Shown here: positions 61,245-64,000 of the stretch, piece by piece | How the letters are laid out: every line of letters starts with the position of its first letter | Position numbering within the stretch: the first letter of the stretch is position 1 | Assembly: GCF_963921235.1 (NCBI RefSeq) | Contig: NC_086101.1 | Coordinates: forward strand, 9,054,001-9,118,000 | Length of the DNA stretch: 64,000 bases | DNA from: Mobula hypostoma | Lineage: Eukaryota | Direction of reading: 5' to 3' | Position numbers and translations under genes: made by a program | The notes under the pieces: model-generated | Databases searched by the model: none | What the model saw: the letters and a program-made list of their open reading frames with translations, nothing else | Told to the model about the DNA's origin: nothing

Positions 61245-62494
61245 GCCTGGTTTTGTCAGGGGCAGGTCATGCCTTACGAATGTGATTGAATTCTTTCAGA
61301 TGTAACAAAACACATTGGTGAAGGTGGAGCAGTGGATGTAGTGTATATGGATTTCAGTCAGGCATTCGATAAGGTTCCCCATGCGAAGCTCATTCAGAAA
61401 GCAATGAGGCATGGGATCCAACGGGACCTTGCTTTGCGGATCATGAGTTGGCTTGACCACAGAAGGCAAAGAATGACTGTGGATAGTTCGTATTCTGTAC
61501 GGAGGATGGAGACCAGTGGTGTTCTGCAGGGATCCGTTCTTAGACCCCTTCTCTTCGTGATTTTTATAAATGACCTGGATGAGGAAGTAGAAGGGTGGTT
61601 TAGTAAGTTTGTTGATGACACAAAAGTTGGGGATGTTGTGAATAGTCTGGAAGTTTGTCAGAGGTTACAGCGGGACATCGATAGGATGAAGAACTGGGCT
61701 GAGAAGTAGCAGATGGAGTTCAACTCGGATAAGAGTGAAGTGGTTCATTTCTGTACGTCAAATTTGAAGACAGAATATAATATTAATGGTAAGACTCTTG
61801 GCAGTGTGGAGGATCTGCGGGATCTTGGGGTCTGTGTTGATAGGACACTCAAAGCTGCTGTGCAGGTTGACAGTGTGGTTAAGAAGGTTCATCCACTGTG
61901 GGATTGAGTTCAAGAGCTGTGAGGTAATGTTACAGCTGTATCAGACCTTGGTCAGACCCCACTGAGAATACTGTGGTCAGTTCTGGTCATCTTATTACAG
62001 GAAGGATGCAGATACTATAGAGAGAGTGCAGAGGAGATTTACAAGGAATTTGCTTGGATTGGAAAGTGTGCCTTATAAGAATAGGTCAAGTGAATTTGGC
62101 CTTTTCCTCCAAGGAGCGACGAAGGATGAAAGGTTACATGATAGAGGTTTATAATATGATGAGGGGCATTGATCGTGTGACTAGCCAGAGGCTTTTCCCA
62201 GGGCTGAAATGGTTAACACAAGAGTGCATAGTTTTAAGGTTCTTGGAAGTAGGTACAAGGGGATGTCAGGGGTAAGTTTTTCACACAGAGAGTGGTGGGT
62301 GCTTGGAATGCATTGCCAGTGAAGGTGGTAGAGCCAGGTACAATAAGGTCTTTGAAAAAATCTCTTAGATTGGTACATGGAGCTTAGGATAATAGAGCGC
62401 TATGCAATAGGGAAATTCTAGACAGCTTCTAGAGTGTGTTCCATGGCTGACATTATGTTGTGGGCTGAAGTGCTGTAAATTTTCTATGTTCTAT
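61245..62494 (+). mobile_element. CR1 RT and 3' end (element A subfamily)
   Basis: YMDFSQAFDKVPH, KFVDDTK; TTTCTATGTTCTAT tail. Confidence 0.88.
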
Positions 62495-63310
62495 ACTGGA
62501 TGAACTCAGCAGGTCAGACTGCACCTATGAAAATGACATTTCAGGCCAAGATCCTTCTTCAGAACTGGAAAGGAAGGGGGAAGTCCCTAGAATAAAATAG
62601 GTGGTGGGGGGGGGGAACAGAAAGGAAGATAGCTGGAAAGTAATCGGTGAAGCCAGTTAAGTTGGAAAGATAAAGGGTTGGAGAAGAAGGAATCTGATAC
62701 GAGAGCAGAATCGACCAAAGAAGAAGGGGCAGGAGGAGGGGACACAGGGGGAGATGATAGTCAGTTAGGCGAAGGTAAGAGGCCAGAGTGAGGAATAGGT
62801 GAAGAGGGGAGGGGGATGGAATCTTTTTCTGGAAGCAGAAATAAAATTCATGCCATCAGGTTGGAGGCTACCCAGACATAATATACTGTGTTTTTCCTTC
62901 ACACAAGAGAAGGCTATGTACTGACAGGTTGGAATGGGAATGAGAATTGGAATTAAAATGTTTGGCCACCAGGAAGTTCCATCTTTGGCAGATGGAGCAG
63001 AGGTATTTGACAAAGCAGTCCCCAATTTACAACAGGTCGCACCAATGTAGTGGAGGCTGCATTGGGAGCGGCAGACCAAATAAATGACCGCAGCAAATGA
63101 AGTGTTGCCTCACCTGGAAGGACTTTTTGGGTCCTTGAATGGAGGTGAGGGAGGAGGTGAATAGGTAGTTTGGCTGCTTGCAGGGGTAAGTGTCAGGAGT
63201 GAGATTAGTGGGGAGGGTGAATGGACAAGGGAGTCATGGAGGGAGTGATCCCTGCAGAAAGTAGAGAAGGGAGGAGGTAAAGATATGTTTGAGGACACGA
63301 GATCAGTGGG
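62495..63310 (-). mobile_element. Decayed Penelope 3' fragment
   Basis: CSQCSLHYIGAT-like GIY-YIG remnant, LGSLQPDGMN; hammerhead core CUGAAGA..GAAA at ~62535-62568 with stem I broken. Confidence 0.8.
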
Positions 63311-63523
63311 GCAGGAGCAGGGTCGGACTATAGGTCAACTCTTGTCTTGCTTTTCAGGAATTGTCCCTTTCAGTTCTGCCTTACACTGAACCAGGCTCCG
63401 CGCTCCGGGTTCATTTATATTCAGACCTCTTTAATGTGTTTCTGATCCCACCCTGACGTGGAAATTGCCGCGAATCCTTCCCAGACCACACTTGCAGCAA
63501 CGTTATGTTCATTCCCGGGACTG

Positions 63524-63556
63524 TAGCGCACCTACTGGACAATCGCGGTACTGTAG
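63524..63556 (-). promoter_or_regulatory. CTCF-like site with upstream motif, ~50 bp before the TRIM ATG
   Basis: Minus strand CTACAGTACC-GCGATTGTC-CAGTAGGTGCGCTA; same spacing as the 21846 and 52696 sites; one G short of CCAGTAGGTGGCGCTA. Confidence 0.55.
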
Positions 63557-63607
63557 GGGTTCAGCAGCTCCCTGAAGTGAAGGATCCCGAACCAGGAAGT
63601 GCCGGGA

Positions 63608-64000
63608 ATGAACATGGCTTCGAAAGGACAGGTCGAGAGTTTAACCGAGGAGGTAATTTGTCCTATCTGCCTGGATTTCTTCACCGATCCTGTTATACTG
63701 GAGTGTGGACACAACTTCTGCCGCTCCTGTATCACACGGTGTTGGGAAAGGGAGGAGAGAAACTCCTGCCCGGAATGTAGAGAGGAGATTGCAGACCGCA
63801 GCCTCAGGATCAATCGGGCCTTAGCAAATCTGTCTGAGAAAGCTCGAAAACTAAACCTGAATCGGAAAGAGAAGGAAAGTAAACTTCACTGCGAGGAACA
63901 TGAGGAAGAACTGAAGCTGTTTTGTGAGACGGACAAGACACTGATCTGCCTGATCTGTGCGACTGCGCGGGAACACAAGTCTCACAACTTCATGCCGGTT
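63608..64000 (+). CDS. First coding exon of a TRIM E3 ligase (RING and B-box2; A33 / nuclear factor 7-like), runs off the window
   Basis: Absent from the ORF track because no stop is reached. MNMASKGQVESLTEEVICPICLDFFTDPVILECGHNFCRSCITRCWEREERNSCPEC (C3HC4 RING) and HCEEHEEELKLFCETDKTLICLICATAREHKSH (B-box); second ATG at 63614 has strong Kozak context AACATGG. Confidence 0.95.
   Translation, partial: MNMASKGQVESLTEEVICPICLDFFTDPVILECGHNFCRSCITRCWEREERNSCPECREEIADRSLRINRALANLSEKARKLNLNRKEKESKLHCEEHEEELKLFCETDKTLICLICATAREHKSHNFMPV

Noticed and set aside
63505..63780. 91-aa ORF in the track
   Set aside because: Out-of-frame overlap of the true RING-B-box frame starting at 63608/63614.

Overview
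Eukaryotic, vertebrate-type DNA, most likely a cartilaginous fish (ray/shark; inferred from the HE1-like SINEs, the CR1 and Penelope families and the TRIM sequence). Most of the window is nested retroelement debris: several CR1 LINE subfamilies (SGNH-esterase ORF1, APE-RT ORF2), Rex1/Babar-type LINE fragments, Penelope-like elements (RT + GIY-YIG) whose terminal repeats carry minimal hammerhead ribozymes, one Tx1-type LINE 3' end, SINEs (one hosting a 13-copy ~61-bp minisatellite) and a two-LTR Gypsy element with CsRn1-clade hallmarks (CHCC Gag, tRNA-Trp PBS, -1 frameshift signal). The small non-TE islands belong to a TRIM (RING-B-box-CC-PRY/SPRY) gene cluster: an intact PRY/SPRY terminal exon (17845-18377) with no partner exons visible, a decayed paralogous SPRY end (49627-49794), and the start of a RING-B-box exon (63608 to window end). 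These islands carry six CTCF-like sites, several with the extended upstream motif at fixed spacing, and a duplicated ~500-bp promoter-like module (~28.9 kb and ~46.3 kb). No CRISPR, rRNA or genuine tRNA genes were seen. Boundaries of old TE fragments are approximate and all identities were estimated by eye.
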